This document shows positions 39,666-53,528 of a DNA stretch of 64,000 nucleotides, piece after piece (within the stretch, counting starts at the first letter, position 1; each line of letters begins with the position of its first letter). Under the pieces are notes generated by a model, which worked only from the letters and a program-made list of their open reading frames with translations, made no database searches and was not told the origin of the DNA. Where the stretch lies: the NCBI RefSeq assembly GCF_006345805.1, contig NC_043000.1:94054001-94118000 (forward strand), in the 5' to 3' direction. A program made the translations under genes and the position numbers. The stretch is from Octopus sinensis. Its lineage: Eukaryota.

Positions 39666-39997
39666 CCGAGCAATTCACAAGACTCACTAGAAACCACCCA
39701 GCGAACACCCACCATGGGTCATCACAATTGCTTAAGGTAAAAAATGAATTCTTCGCTCTTTCGGAAACATCAATCTTCTGTATTGACTGCTTTCCACCAC
39801 TTGATCTGTTTTTTTGTATTGAATACGTATCGCCACCGTGGGCCACTGCATCGAACACTTTGAACATATAGCATAAATGAACTTACTTCAAACTATATAT
39901 CAACTATACATGAACTCTAAGATGCCTGACTCCGTTGTGTTTATAAATGAATTTCTTGTGTTTGACGGCATGAGCTGGTCTTTTTTTATATATAACT

Positions 39998-40039
39998 TTT
40001 TTTGATAAGGTTCATTTCAGGAACTGAAACATGTTATAA
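39998..40039 (+). ncRNA. Minimal hammerhead motif, U3-A8 variant, in the PLE pLTR
   Basis: TTGATAA-GGTTC(ATTTCAG)GAACT-GAAA-CATG-TT-ATAA. A more degenerate second motif lies at ~39916-39980. Confidence 0.55.
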
Positions 40040-40078
40040 TGTATATATAAAAATTAAAAATGTATAATATAGCAGCAT

Positions 40079-40178
40079 NNNNNNNNNNNNNNNNNNNNNN
40101 NNNNNNNNNNNNNNNNNNNNNNNNNNNNNNNNNNNNNNNNNNNNNNNNNNNNNNNNNNNNNNNNNNNNNNNNNNNNNN
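40079..40178. other. Assembly gap (100 N)
   Basis: Run of N. Confidence 1.
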
Positions 40179-40337
40179 TCTACGGCTAGCCTTCTAATCA
40201 GTATTTCTGCTACTCTCTGATAACTATACCTCCTACTCTCCCTTCCCAACTCCTTTTTCATTGCCACTCCTCCTCTCATTTGAATTTTCACGACTCTCTG
40301 CTTATCTCTGCCTCCTTACATCACTCTCATGTTCCTT

Positions 40338-40376
<39 letters not shown>

Positions 40377-40518
40377 GTCTCTCTCTCTTTTTCTCTGTTT
40401 TTCAGTCAATCAATTATCCAGTTTTCTACCAATTATTGTCTGTTGATCAATTTCTCTAGCTTTTTATCATGTTAGCCATTTTCTTGTACTTATATCACTC
40501 TCTCACTTTATTCATCTG

Positions 40519-40635
<117 letters not shown>

Positions 40636-41154
40636 CTATCTATTCCTTTTTTCTTTTTTTCTTTTTCCCTTTTACGATCCCTTTTGATCGAAAACCTACG
40701 TCACTTTTTTCTTTTGCATCCTCCAAAAGAAAAGCTCTACCTTGTAATTTGTCCCATCTGTTTGCAGCCCTATGTGGCCAATAAAGAAACTTATCTATCT
40801 ATCTGTCTATCTATATATCTATCGATCGATCGCTCTATCTGTCTGTCTGTAGAACTATCTATCTATTTGTCTGTCTATCTATCAATTGACGTATCTATCT
40901 TTATATCTACATATCTCATTTTCTATTTATCATCTATTTATCCATCTGTCCATCTATCCATCCATCCATCTATGCATCCATCCATCCATCCATCCACATT
41001 TCATTCTCTCACAATTTATCTACATCTATCTATCTATCTGTCTGTTTTTCTACCTATCCATCTATCTATGTATCTATGAATCTATCTATTTATTTACCTT
41101 TATATCTGTCTGTCTGTCTGTCTATCTATCTAGCTCTCTACCTATCTATCTGTC

Positions 41155-41217
<63 letters not shown>

Positions 41218-41254
41218 ATATATATATATATATATATGTATGTATATATATATG

Positions 41255-41586
41255 ATTGCAGCGTGGAAGGTGTTTGTAAACCATTTAAGAAACAGACAAA
41301 AGCCGTTCGATTCACTTCAACATTTAAGTTTAATTTGTCAAAATATTTTCGTCGCTTTAAGACCGCGACCTGTTCACTGACAAAAATCCGTGCTTGTCAG
41401 TGAACAGGTCGCGGTCTTAAAGCGACGAAAATATTTTGACAAATGAACTTAAATGTTGAAGTGAATCGAACAGCTTTTGTTTGTTTCTTAAATGGCTTAC
41501 AAACACCTTCCACGCTGCAATTGTTTTCGTTTCAGCTCACGATCTCAGATCAAATCACTTGCTATGGCAGGTACATCTCCGTATTC
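41255..41586 (+). mobile_element. (TA)n-flanked fold-back PLE-like insertion (~128-bp arms, 10-nt loop, ~65-bp tail)
   Basis: 41255-41383 and 41394-41521 are reverse-complementary with a few mismatches. Confidence 0.85.
41394..41442 (+). ncRNA. Minimal hammerhead motif with a G3-C8 swapped core
   Basis: TTGTCA-GTGAACA-G-GTCGC(GGTCTTAAA)GCGAC-GAAA-ATAT-TT-TGACAA. Confidence 0.6.
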
Positions 41587-41638
41587 TATATATAATACAC
41601 TATATATATATATATATATATATACATATATGTATATA

Positions 41639-41674
<36 letters not shown>

Positions 41675-41678
41675 TATA

Positions 41679-41716
<38 letters not shown>

Positions 41717-41790
41717 TGCCTACCTATCTATTTATCTATGCATCTCGACTTTGCTTAATACGTTTCTTCTATCAAATATTTTTCTCACAT

Positions 41791-41847
<57 letters not shown>

Positions 41848-41905
41848 TATTATTATTATTATCATCATCATCATTATTATTATTATTATTATTATATTAT
41901 TATTA

Positions 41906-41950
<45 letters not shown>

Positions 41951-42119
41951 GTTGGCATCTTAATTTACCAGTTGAACTCTTCCTTCCACACAGAACCTAC
42001 GACAACATCATTTCATGCAACATGATGTGAAATGTTGAAGCAGCCAGGTTAGTGCATTCGAACAAATAGAATTCCCTGTGTATTCTTCACATTCTTCAAA
42101 CCAATGAGGGTTGGTATGA

Positions 42120-42285
42120 GTGATAATTACGACAGCGACAACGACAACGACGACGACAATGGCAACAATGACGATGATGATGCCGACAACGACAGCGATA
42201 AGAACGATGACGACGACGACGACGTAGACGATGATGGTGGCGGTAATGATGATGATGACGTAGACGATGATCATGGTGGTGGTGG

Positions 42286-42329
<44 letters not shown>

Positions 42330-42339
42330 GTGATGATGG

Positions 42340-42373
<34 letters not shown>

Positions 42374-42411
42374 AATGACGACGACGACGATAATGGTGAT
42401 GATGATAGCAG

Positions 42412-42442
<31 letters not shown>

Positions 42443-42533
42443 AATGATGATGATGATGACGATGACGATGCGATGAGAATGATGGTGATGATAATAGCAG
42501 TGATGATGATAGCAGTGATGATGATGATGATGA

Positions 42534-42565
<32 letters not shown>

Positions 42566-42601
42566 CGACGACGATGACAATGATGGTGATGATGATGGCA
42601 G

Positions 42602-42635
<34 letters not shown>

Positions 42636-42828
42636 AGCAACGATGTTGATAGTCTGATGGGGCAATGGTGATGATGATGATCACGACGATGATGACGACG
42701 ATGATGACGACGATGATGACGACGACGATGATGACGACGACGATGATGACGACGACGGTAACGGTGATGATAAAGATGATAAAGGTGACAGTAAAGATGA
42801 TGATAATGATGATGACAATGATGATGAG
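42120..42828. repeat. Long degenerate (GAT/GAC)n trinucleotide array
   Basis: ~700 bp read directly, with frame shifts inside the array. Confidence 0.95.
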
Positions 42829-42909
42829 GCGGAGGAAGATATATTAGAAATAATCAGAGAAAAATATTACTGGAAGCTGCTCGGTTAAAGACAATATCCG
42901 AAATACTTA

Positions 42910-43080
42910 AAGGCGGCGAGCTGGCAGAAACGTTAGCACGTCGGGCGAAATGCTTACCGTTATTTCATCTGTCTTTACGTTCTGAGTTCAAATTCCATCG
43001 AGGTCGACTTTGCCTTTCACCCGTTCGGAGTCAATAAAATTAAGTACGTAAGTACCAGTTACGCACTGGGGTCGATGTGG
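42910..43080 (+). mobile_element. SINE family C
   Basis: AAGGCGGCGAGCTGGCAGAAACGTTAGCAC head. Confidence 0.8.
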
Positions 43081-44111
43081 TGCTCCTACATGGCCGCTGA
43101 AACCAGTAATCAGAATAAAATAAGAATAGCTATTCATTTTTAATGTTATGATAGATTCGAACGGGAATTTGGTAACAGCCATTTTATCATGTTTGTAGAG
43201 AACAACTTTTACTTTAGAACAATACGTATTCATAATAAACTAGATTCATTTAGGCGAGGAGACTTTAAGACACTGTGATGTTTCGACTTGATTGTAACTC
43301 TTCAGTCAAACTCAGCCCTGGCTCAACGAATCTAAACATTATTTTACTTTTGTTTATAGAAATCAGTAAACAAAAATTATTTAGCCATGCATGCTGATGT
43401 CACAGAGAACAGCAAAAATCAAAGCAATCATGTACATATTCATTCTTAATATATTACGGCAAGTTTGAACAACTTTGAACGTGGATATGCTAATCACTGC
43501 AGTATTTTGTCTAAGAAACACAGTTCCTTTCGCACAATAAGTGTTCGCAATATACTCGGTTCACTGAAGTAAGAGAACTTTATAACGCTGCCGTGTTTTG
43601 ACCTACCTGTGCCTCTTTGGTCAAAGCTAGCCCTGATCAATGAATTTAAACAAGTATAGTGGCTCTTCTTCATAGAAATCAGGAAACAAGAAAATTGTTC
43701 ATGTGTGCACGTAAAACAGCAAGACTCGAAACAATAAAATATATATTCAGCCTTAATACGTTCCCACAAAAATGAATGTAAGTGCGCTAATAGGTGTTGT
43801 ATTTTGGCTATGGCGAACCACTTCTTTCAAATAATATTCACAAGACACTTGATTTAGTGAGGTGATGAAACTTTGGGACACCGCCAAACTTGAATCTGCT
43901 CATGTCTGTTCATTCAAAGCCAGCCACCAATGGGGCAGAAATTATATTCTACAGGATATCAGAAAAGCTGTAAGACAGACTAATATGATCGTAAAGATTA
44001 TTTACTGATGGATATAGCAATGTTAAAAGAATGCAGATAAATACATACTGCCGGGATTCTTTACAAAATAATGATAGTAGTAGTAGTAATAACAGTAGTA
44101 GTAGTAGTAGC

Positions 44112-44143
<32 letters not shown>

Positions 44144-45025
44144 GCGGCCAGTCATGACTTTATGATGCGTTTATTGATTCGTGGATCAATGCAGATGTAT
44201 AGATTAATACAGGAATTTCAATAGTTTATAAAAGCTAATGTCCAAATATAAGACAAGAATATCAAATCACGACAAAAGGGTCCTAAAAAGCAGTTACAGT
44301 TAACATCAGAAATTAAATATTCCAGAGAAAGAAAGATTCACTGGCGTGGCTTTTGGTTTTATCTGTAATAAGAAATTAACTCGATGTCAACATCCTACGG
44401 AAAATGACTACCATTTGTGTGAGATCAAGATATGTAGTCTACTCTGCATAGACGATTTTAAGTTATATGCCCCTAGATTTTCTAGACAGTAAGCCAGGCA
44501 CGGACAGCAAATTTCGAGAAACGGGTTGCATGAGACAAATCACCGCCAGGCGGGCTACACTACTAAATAACTTTAAAGCAATTATTTCGTTGGCGTGTCA
44601 TTCAGAAAGACCTGAATGGGCTGTAGTTTGGCCATGACTGCTGTAAATATTTATGGTCCCGATGTTACGTTGGAGTGTGGAATTAAGAAATATCTAGGTT
44701 TACATATGAATAAATGCTCGAGGGTTGTCACTATTAGTTCTAACATTGAAGCCAATTGTACAACAAAGGCGAAGGAGAGCGCAGTTACACAATATGCCAT
44801 AATGATATACGACGGAATGAGTTAATCTGAAAGAGCGATCTTCACCCAAGATATAATATGGAAACAGCAAACCACCAACTGACCTGTTAATAAACTGAAA
44901 TTGCAATACGATAGATTGGATGTTGAATGATATTCATTACCAGACAAGAAAATAAAGAAACCTTACATAAAATTCAGATAGTATCACCAAAAGTGGGTAC
45001 TCCGTGTGTATATATATATATATAT

Positions 45026-45078
<53 letters not shown>

Positions 45079-45239
45079 ATATATATATAAAAGGGAAGTT
45101 GGCTCATGTCGCCTTATTAGTATGCTTAAAGCAGGTCGGTTCGCCTTAACTATTTTTGTCAGTCGTCTACCTTATCACAATTTCACTGGTAGAGAGCACT
45201 TCTCTCTCTACCCTCACATTCCTTTCCAACTGGAATTTT

Positions 45240-46262
45240 AAAATGTCGCTGAGTTTTCAACCGAAGAGAAATGTGTCATTCCTCAATTATTTTAAATATC
45301 CCCTTTGTTGGTGACCTTTCTCACGGACGTTAACACATCCTGGCTAACAGAACTAGGAATTCTTCAGTTCTACTTCTATTTGTGATAGGTGTTTGTCAAG
45401 AGATTATCAAATATATCTGGCATATAACAATTAAACTCAAAGAGCAGAGACCCAAACCGGACGATTTGTCCCTTGCGTCACTCAGTACTTCTCGTATCTC
45501 AGTTGATGTTATTGCCCTTTTGCGATGCCTTTCCTCCTTTGCTGAAAGTCGCAGCTGGCCGACGAGGTTGACATTAAAATCTATAATGCTTTGTGACTTA
45601 TCACCTACTCGGAACAGTTTAGCAAAACACTGCTTGAACGATACAGACCATCAGATCTGTTAAAAACTGAATTGTAGATTTGTTTCAAAGTCATAGCTCG
45701 AATAAACGTGTCTATCGAACGGCTTTCGTTCGTTCTTGTTTTAGTGCACCAATTCTAGCTCTGACAACGTAGCCATCGTGTTTCACATTGAAGAAATAGT
45801 CGAAGGCTACTGTTGCTCCTAGAACGTCAGTTACGGCGCCATTTATAATTCTCTCATTTAGTTTACAAATGATATTTTTTCCTATTTGTTTCTTTCTCAC
45901 TTGCTCTTTAATAAACTTTATTGACTCATACTTAATTGCTCTTTTCAACCACATGTTGACTATTACCCCTATCAAATGCTGTCTATGATTTCTATCTCAA
46001 GGCAACTGCACAGATTACAAATTTGTCATGTGTGTAGCCGACTAGTTTAAACTTTGAATACCCTAAGCTACCACTGTTGGCAAATTTAACGAATAATCTA
46101 TCCATGTACGATTTGGAGAACCAATCACGGTGCTCCATGTTCATACTTGCACGTTCAGAAAATTCGAAATCTATGAGCATATGTCCGATGTTGCAACCGC
46201 TTTTATTGCTTAATCCTACATAATCCCATCGAGAGTCGAAAATATTATTCCAGTCCATGGCT
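45240..46262 (-). mobile_element. Degenerate Tx1/L1-clade LINE ORF2 (AP endonuclease end to RT start)
   Basis: DWNNIFD (GDWN motif), SYMDRLFV...VGYTHDKFV (SDH-like), GYVVRAR, AITSTEIREVL..RDKSSG, MPDIFDNLL...RIPSSVSQDVLTSVRK..NKGD, with frameshifts and stops. Confidence 0.8.
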
Positions 46263-46750
46263 ATTTAATTCAGATTTTGACACAAAGCCAGCAGTTCCTT
46301 AATGGATTGGAGATTGGTCTATTACACCGACACCAGTACTTGAGAAGTAATTTGTCATCTGTAGGACTTGAACTCGAAATGTAAAGAGCCAGAAGAATGA
46401 CACTAAGCAACTTTTCCGACGTGATGAGAATGAGGATATTGATAAGGATGATGACGGTGGTGGTGGTAATGGTGGTGGTTGTGGTGGTGGCTGTAGAAGT
46501 AGTAGTAGTAGTAGTGAGTGTTGTGGGGGTTAAGGTGCTAATGAGGGGGTGACAATGATGATAATGATGACGATGAATATTATTATTATCATCATTATTA
46601 TTGAGTTAGAGAGCAGTGCATGCCATCAAAGTGACACTGGGGTAAAATATACGAAGCCCAGTATAACCATCATCACAACCTGCCTGATAAGGGTACACTA
46701 GGCACATGCATCATTATTATCATTATTTTTATTATAATAACAACAACAAC

Positions 46751-46791
<41 letters not shown>

Positions 46792-46847
46792 CGCTAAGCA
46801 TTTCACCCAGCGTGCTAACGATTCTGCCACCTCGCCGCCTTATTAAT

Positions 46848-46880
<33 letters not shown>

Positions 46881-47100
46881 AATAATAATAATAATTATTA
46901 TTATTATGTTGATGATGATGATGATGATTTCAAATTTTGTCACAAGGGCAGCATTTCTGGGGGAGATAATGAGTCGATTTTATCGACCTCCGAAAGGATG
47001 AAAGCAAAGGCGATCTCGGCGGAATTTGAACTCAGAACGTAGCAACAGACGAAATATCGCATTTCACCCGGCGTGCTAACAATTCTCCTACTTCGCCGCC

Positions 47101-47173
<73 letters not shown>

Positions 47174-47203
47174 TGATGATGATGATGATGACAATAACAA
47201 TAA

Positions 47204-47235
<32 letters not shown>

Positions 47236-47500
47236 GTTATTATTATTATTATTTCTACTTTAAGCAGAAGACCTTGAAAACTTTTGAAGGAAGGCGTCTG
47301 GTTGATTACATCGACTCAAGAGAGCAAATGGTACTTATTTAATCGACTCCGAAAAGATGAAAGGCATAGTCGACCTCGGCAGAATTTGAACTCAGAACGA
47401 AGCGACAGACGAATTACCGCTAAGCACTCCAACAACAGCAACAACAACAACAATAATAATAGTAATTATTATTATTATCATTAATATTATTATTATTATA

Positions 47501-47562
<62 letters not shown>

Positions 47563-47824
47563 AATAATAATATTTACGTTAAATAAAACAACAAAATATT
47601 AACCACAACAACAGCAACACCAACAGCAACAGCAGCAATGGTACCATTGGACAGTAACGGTAGTATGTAACAACATTAATCTTGTTATCACTGTGGCTGT
47701 CGCTTTGCTTAGTTTCCAACGTTTTATCTTCCAGCTAAAACAGCTAGTTAGTTAGTTCTCAGGGATTCGTACTAATTTCCTATAGAAATCGGAAAGGGAA
47801 GAAAGAAGGGGAAGAAGAAGAAGA

Positions 47825-47862
<38 letters not shown>

Positions 47863-48544
47863 AGGAGAGAGAGAAAGAGAAGAAGATGAAGAAGACAGCG
47901 ACGGTGAAATATGAACTGAAAGAAAGGAGAACAGATTGGTGAAAAAAAAAAAAAAGAGACGTATAGCGTAATATTGAATAAAAGAGCAGTCAGTAGAGTT
48001 CTTGGAGTTCTTTGTGAAATGGAATTGGTGCGAAATAGCAGTCTCACAGCACGCCAGATGTCATACGTATTCTTATCAACACCTGGCGTCTTATCGGTTT
48101 TACGCAAAGAGACAGACAGTAACGCACTCACGCACGCACGCTCGCACAACCGCGTGCACTCACACACCCGTATGCATGCACACACTAACGCACTTGTACA
48201 AGCCTGTGTATAAATTTATGAATATAAATCTATATACCTGTGAGCGTGTATGCGTATGCGAATATGTATATATATATATAAACGTATATATATGTGTGTG
48301 TATGTATATATATGTTTGTGTGTATGTATGAATGTATGTATATATGTATGTACGCATGCAGGTATATATGTATCTGCGGGATGACCGTGTATGTATGTTA
48401 GTGTATGCGCGTGTATGTGTATGTGTATATGCAGTGAGCGTGCGGGCGTGTATGTATGTGTTTCTGTCACATAAACACCTTCTTATAGACTTAAGAAGGA
48501 TTATATACATACGCATGAAAAGATGTACGTAGACGTACGAACAA

Positions 48545-48578
<34 letters not shown>

Positions 48579-49126
48579 GAACACGCACGCACAAACATGC
48601 ACACACACAAGCACACACATACGCATATATATATATATATATTTATATGGGTGTAAGTGAGTATGCCAATGTATATGTTTATACAGGTCTATATATGCAT
48701 ATGATACGTGAGAGTGTGTCTGCGTGTGTGTGTGTTTACGTCAGTAATTGAAGAGACATTGAAGAGACACACAAACACGCATAAACATGTGTAGCGTGCG
48801 TATGTATTCGAGTGCATGAATGTGTGGTTGCATGAGTTTGCATGCATATGTATTGGTGCATGGATTATGTATCAGATACGTGTGTGTGCGCGCCTCTGTG
48901 TGTGTATGTGTGTGTGTTCATGTGAGTTCATATGCACGAATTTTTGCAATTATATCCATACATAACACACGCACACACATATATATGTGTGAGAGAGTAC
49001 GGTGTATGGGTTTGTGTGTGTTTGTGTGTGTGTGTGTGTGTGTGTATGTGTGTGTTGCGTATTATATTTGTAAGCACATACAGATTTACGAATGCACTGC
49101 ACTGACGTTTATCAGCATATGTCATA

Positions 49127-49129
<3 letters not shown>

Positions 49130-49165
<36 letters not shown>

Positions 49166-49873
49166 TATATATATAAAGATAGATAGATAGATAGATAAAG
49201 GTGAGTGCACACATACACACACGCATACACTCACTCCCACGTAAACACACGCACAAACCCCACATAAACACACACATACACACACAACATCGACCTTCCC
49301 CCCATACACACACACACATGCAAGCGTACAAAGATATTCGCATGGGGTTCCTGACGTAAGCATGCCATGAAATATCAGATAAGAAGAGCAAAGATGGCTG
49401 ACAATCGTAAATGGTTGTCTCAACGAGTGTAATTGTTTGAATTGTTTTCTCTGTTCGTTTGCTCTTCCAGCCAGGCTTCGGAGAGAAGCAACTACCGCCA
49501 TGCTTCATGTTGGTGACGCAAGTCGTATGCTTTAACTAATACATTATTGTTGCTTGTAATGGTTAAGAGCATGTTTTTTATGTTTTTTTTTGTCTGTATC
49601 TGTGATTGTATGTTAAGGTATATCATTTATTTTCTTTGGTGGTGTTTGTTTTCCATAGCTCTCTCTCCCCATTCTCTCTCTCGCTCTCTCTCTCTCTCAC
49701 TCTCTCTCCTCCTCTCCCTTCTCCCTCTCTTATCTTAAAGAGAAAAAGTGGGAAAACAAACAAACGGGTTGCAGATCGAACGAAAAGTAATAAAAAAAAT
49801 TTTAATAATAATAATACTACTAATAATAATAATGATAATAATAATAATAATAATAATAGTAGTAGTAGTAGTA

Positions 49874-49909
<36 letters not shown>

Positions 49910-49957
49910 GTAGTAGTAGTAGTAGTAGTAGTAGTAATAATAATAATAATAATAATA

Positions 49958-49996
<39 letters not shown>

Positions 49997-50284
49997 TAGT
50001 TCTTTATTTACCACAAGCGCCAACAAAAGTAATATTGAAAATTACATGAAGGACAAAGTGGGGTTACATAAAGTCTTCAATAATTCACCTCTGGAAAATT
50101 CTAACTAGGCCCCACCTACAAGGTCATATACAGTTTATCTTGATATGAGATCACCATGACGCGCACATATGGTTATGATGCATGTGCCTGGTGTAGCCTT
50201 AACAGACGGCTAGTCATGATGGGTATACTGGGCTTCGTATATTTTACCTCAGTGTCACTTTGATGGCATGCACTGCTCTCACTC

Positions 50285-50319
<35 letters not shown>

Positions 50320-50909
50320 ATATAGTGATGATGATGATGATGATGAGGATGATGATGATGATAGGCATAAAACCCAGTTTAGTACAGCTCGAGTTTTTAG
50401 GGACAGCTGGGATATTTAGGTGGCTTCTTAGAAACTAAGGTTATTTGGTGTTGCCCAATTTTAGGAATTTTTATGTGGTAAGAAGATTTCTTCCGAACCA
50501 CATGGTTCCGCGTCCAGTCCCATTGCGTGGGGCAGGTCGTCCAATGTGGCCTCAAGCCGACCCCAACGACTTGTGAGTGGATTTTGTTGACAGTAACTGA
50601 AAGAAGCTTGCCGTATATGTGTGTGTGTGTGTGTGTGTATGTGTGTGTATATTTGTATATGTGTATATATATGTATGTATGTGTAGTAGTGTATGTGTAT
50701 GTATGTGTATGTATATATGTATGTGTGTGTGTCTTTATGTCCGCATTTATCCCCCGCGCAGTTGGACGACCGGTGTTGGTGTGTTTACGTCCCCGTAACT
50801 TAGCGGGTCGAATTGTTCGAGTAAAAACAAACACTTCAAGGTGGTTTCCCAGCAGGAATGCGGGCAAAGTGACTGAAAGAAGTAAATGAAAAAGATTTAC
50901 ACATGTGTG

Positions 50910-50971
<62 letters not shown>

Positions 50972-51729
50972 AAGATAGATAGATAGATAGATAAAGGTGA
51001 GTGCACACATACACACACGCATACACTCACTCCCACGTAAACACACGCACAAACCCCACATAAACACACACATACACACACAACATCGACCTTCCCCCCA
51101 TACACACACACACATGCAAGCGTACAAAGATATTCGCATGGGGTTCCTGACGTAAGCATGCCATGAAATATCAGATAAGAAGAGCAAAGATGGCTGACAA
51201 TCGTAAATGGTTGTCTCAACGAGTGTAATTGTTTGAATTGTTTTCTCTGTTCGTTTGCTCTTCCAGCCAGGCTTCGGAGAGAAGCAACTACCGCCATGCT
51301 TCATGTTTGGTGACGCAAGTCGTATGCTTTAACTAATACATTATTGTTGCTTGTAATGGTTAAGAGCATGTTTTTTATGTTTTTTTTTGTCTGTATCTGT
51401 GATTGTATGTTAAGGTATATCATTTATTTTCTTTGGTGGTGTTTGTTTTCCATAGCTCTCTCTCCCCATTCTCTCTCTCGCTCTCTCTCTCTCTCACTCT
51501 CTCTCCTCCTCTCCCTTCTCCCTCTCTTATCTTAAAGAGAAAAAGTGGGAAAAAAACAAACCGGGTTGCAGATCGAACGAAAATGTAATAAAAAAAATTT
51601 TAATAATAATAATACTACTAATAATAATAATGATAATAATAATAATAATAATAGTAGTAGTAGTAGTAGTAATATAATAATAATAATATAATAATAATAA
51701 TAATAGTAGTAGTAGTAGTAGTAGTAGTA

Positions 51730-51790
<61 letters not shown>

Positions 51791-52076
51791 TAGTTCTTTA
51801 TTTACCACAAGCGCCAACAAAAGTAATATTGAAAATACATGAAGGACAAAGTGGGGTTACATAAAGTCTTCAATAATTCACCTCTGGAAAATTCTAACTA
51901 GGCCCCACCTACAAGGTCATATACAGTTTATCTTGATATGAGATCACCATGACGCGCACATATGGTTATGATGCATGTGCCTGTGTAGCCTTAACAGACG
52001 GCTAGTCATGATGGGTATACTGGGCTTCGTATATTTTACCTCAGTGTCACTTTGATGGCATGCACTGCTCTCACTC

Positions 52077-52111
<35 letters not shown>

Positions 52112-52692
52112 ATATAGTGATGATGATGATGATGATGAGGATGATGATGATGATAGGCATAAAACCCAGTTTAGTACAGCTCGAGTTTTTAGGGACAGCT
52201 GGGATATTTAGGTGGCTTCTTAGAAACTAAGGTATTTGGTGTTGCCCAATTTTAGGAATTTTTATGTGGTAAGAAGATTTCTTCCGAACCACATGGTTCC
52301 GCGTCCAGTCCCATTGCGTGGGGCAGGTCGTCCAATGTGGCCTCAAGCCGACCCCAACGACTTGTGAGTGGATTTTGTGACAGTAACTGAAAGAAGCTTG
52401 CCGTATATGTGTGTGTGTGTGTGTGTGTATGTGTGTGTATATTTGTATATGTGTATATATATGTATGTATGTGTAGTAGTGTATGTGTATGTATGTGTAT
52501 GTATATATGTATGTGTGTGTGTCTTTATGTCCGCATTTATCCCCCGCGCAGTTGGACGACCGGTGTTGGTGTGTTTACGTCCCCGTAACTTAGCGGGTCG
52601 AATTGTTCGAGTAAAAACAAACACTTCAAGGTGGTTTCCCAGCAGGAATGCGGGCAAAGTGACTGAAAGAAGTAAATGAAAAAGATTTACAC

Positions 52693-52700
<8 letters not shown>
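49130..52700 (+). repeat. Near-identical tandem duplication, unit ~1.79 kb
   Basis: 49201 matches 50997 and 50881 matches 52671. Differences are mostly 1-bp indels and microsatellite length. Confidence 0.95.
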
Positions 52701-52739
<39 letters not shown>

Positions 52740-53067
52740 TGTGTAAATCTTTATATGTGTAAATATATATATATATATATACAAATTGAGATAGGGGTTG
52801 TGAATGCAACCCTCTATGGGATAACGTATATCCAATATACTGCTAGTGAAGTACCCAACAAAGTTAATACATAAATGTTAATGATTGCGATGCAATCAAT
52901 TCATTTACTGTATTATATGGGCAAATATATATATGTGTGTGTATGTGTGTTTGTGTGTGTGTGTTTGTGTGTATGTATATGTATGTATGTATACAAGTAC
53001 ATATATATGTATGTTTGTATGTATGTATATATGTGTGTATATATATTTACACACACACACATATATA

Positions 53068-53528
53068 CGAGAAGTCAAAAATTATCAGCACTTTCGCCAT
53101 AACATATCTTTTTCATTGTCACTCTGCCTTCTGCGCATACGTGCTTATAGTCGGTAATATTATGATCACGTGATCAAAGTTTGAGCCTGATCGTGCCCTT
53201 TTTCTCTGACTTTCCAATGTAAGCATCGCCGCTCCATTAGCAATGTGCACCAAAGTAGAATAAAGAGCAGTTATCCGAGAGATGCTAATGGTGAACCGGT
53301 TCACCATCACCATCACTGGAGGTTGCTAAATCTTTTTTTGAATGGTGGATGCTGACGGGCATGCATACACTGTAAAGTCAGAAAGGAAAATTGAGCGATG
53401 AGCTAGGCTTAAACTTCGATCATGTGACCGCAACAGTACCAACTATAAGCCCGCATGCGCCAAAAGCAGTGTGACAATGATAAAGATTTGTTATGGTGAA
53501 AGTGCGGATAATTTTTGACTTCCCGTCG
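53068..53528. mobile_element. Mariner-type MITE with long diverged inverted arms
   Basis: CGAGAAGTCAAAAATTATCAGCACTTTC pairs with GAAAGTGCGGATAATTTTTGACTTCCCGTCG. Arms extend >100 bp and the flanks are TA. Confidence 0.75.

Larger units (their letters stand above)
38435..40078 (+). mobile_element. 5'-truncated Neptune-type Penelope-like element: Cys linker, GIY-YIG relic and pLTR; runs into the gap
   Basis: TLPYISTHNP...KSKRQPKSLKRILT; KCGRPNCGIC...FTCASENLI(Y)VITC.GCNRQYIGHTKNSLRNRMAVHKSQI...HIDRC...KELYFIKKFRPSLN with frameshifts, stop near 39115. Begins at (TA)n. Confidence 0.9.

Noticed and set aside
42008-42847. Poly-Asp, poly-His and poly-Met ORFs that look like biomineral or metal-binding proteins
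   Set aside because: They are translations of a (GAT/GAC)n microsatellite that is open in several frames on both strands, with frame shifts and no splice context.
43300-44900. Possible old LINE RT relic (KYLGL at ~44690)
   Set aside because: Only isolated short motifs, too degenerate to assign without an HMM search.
45712-45975. KHDG resembling the KxDG ligase/capping-enzyme motif (possible viral insert)
   Set aside because: It lies between the endonuclease and RT motifs of a Tx1/L1 ORF2 relic and corresponds to the G..VRAR linker.
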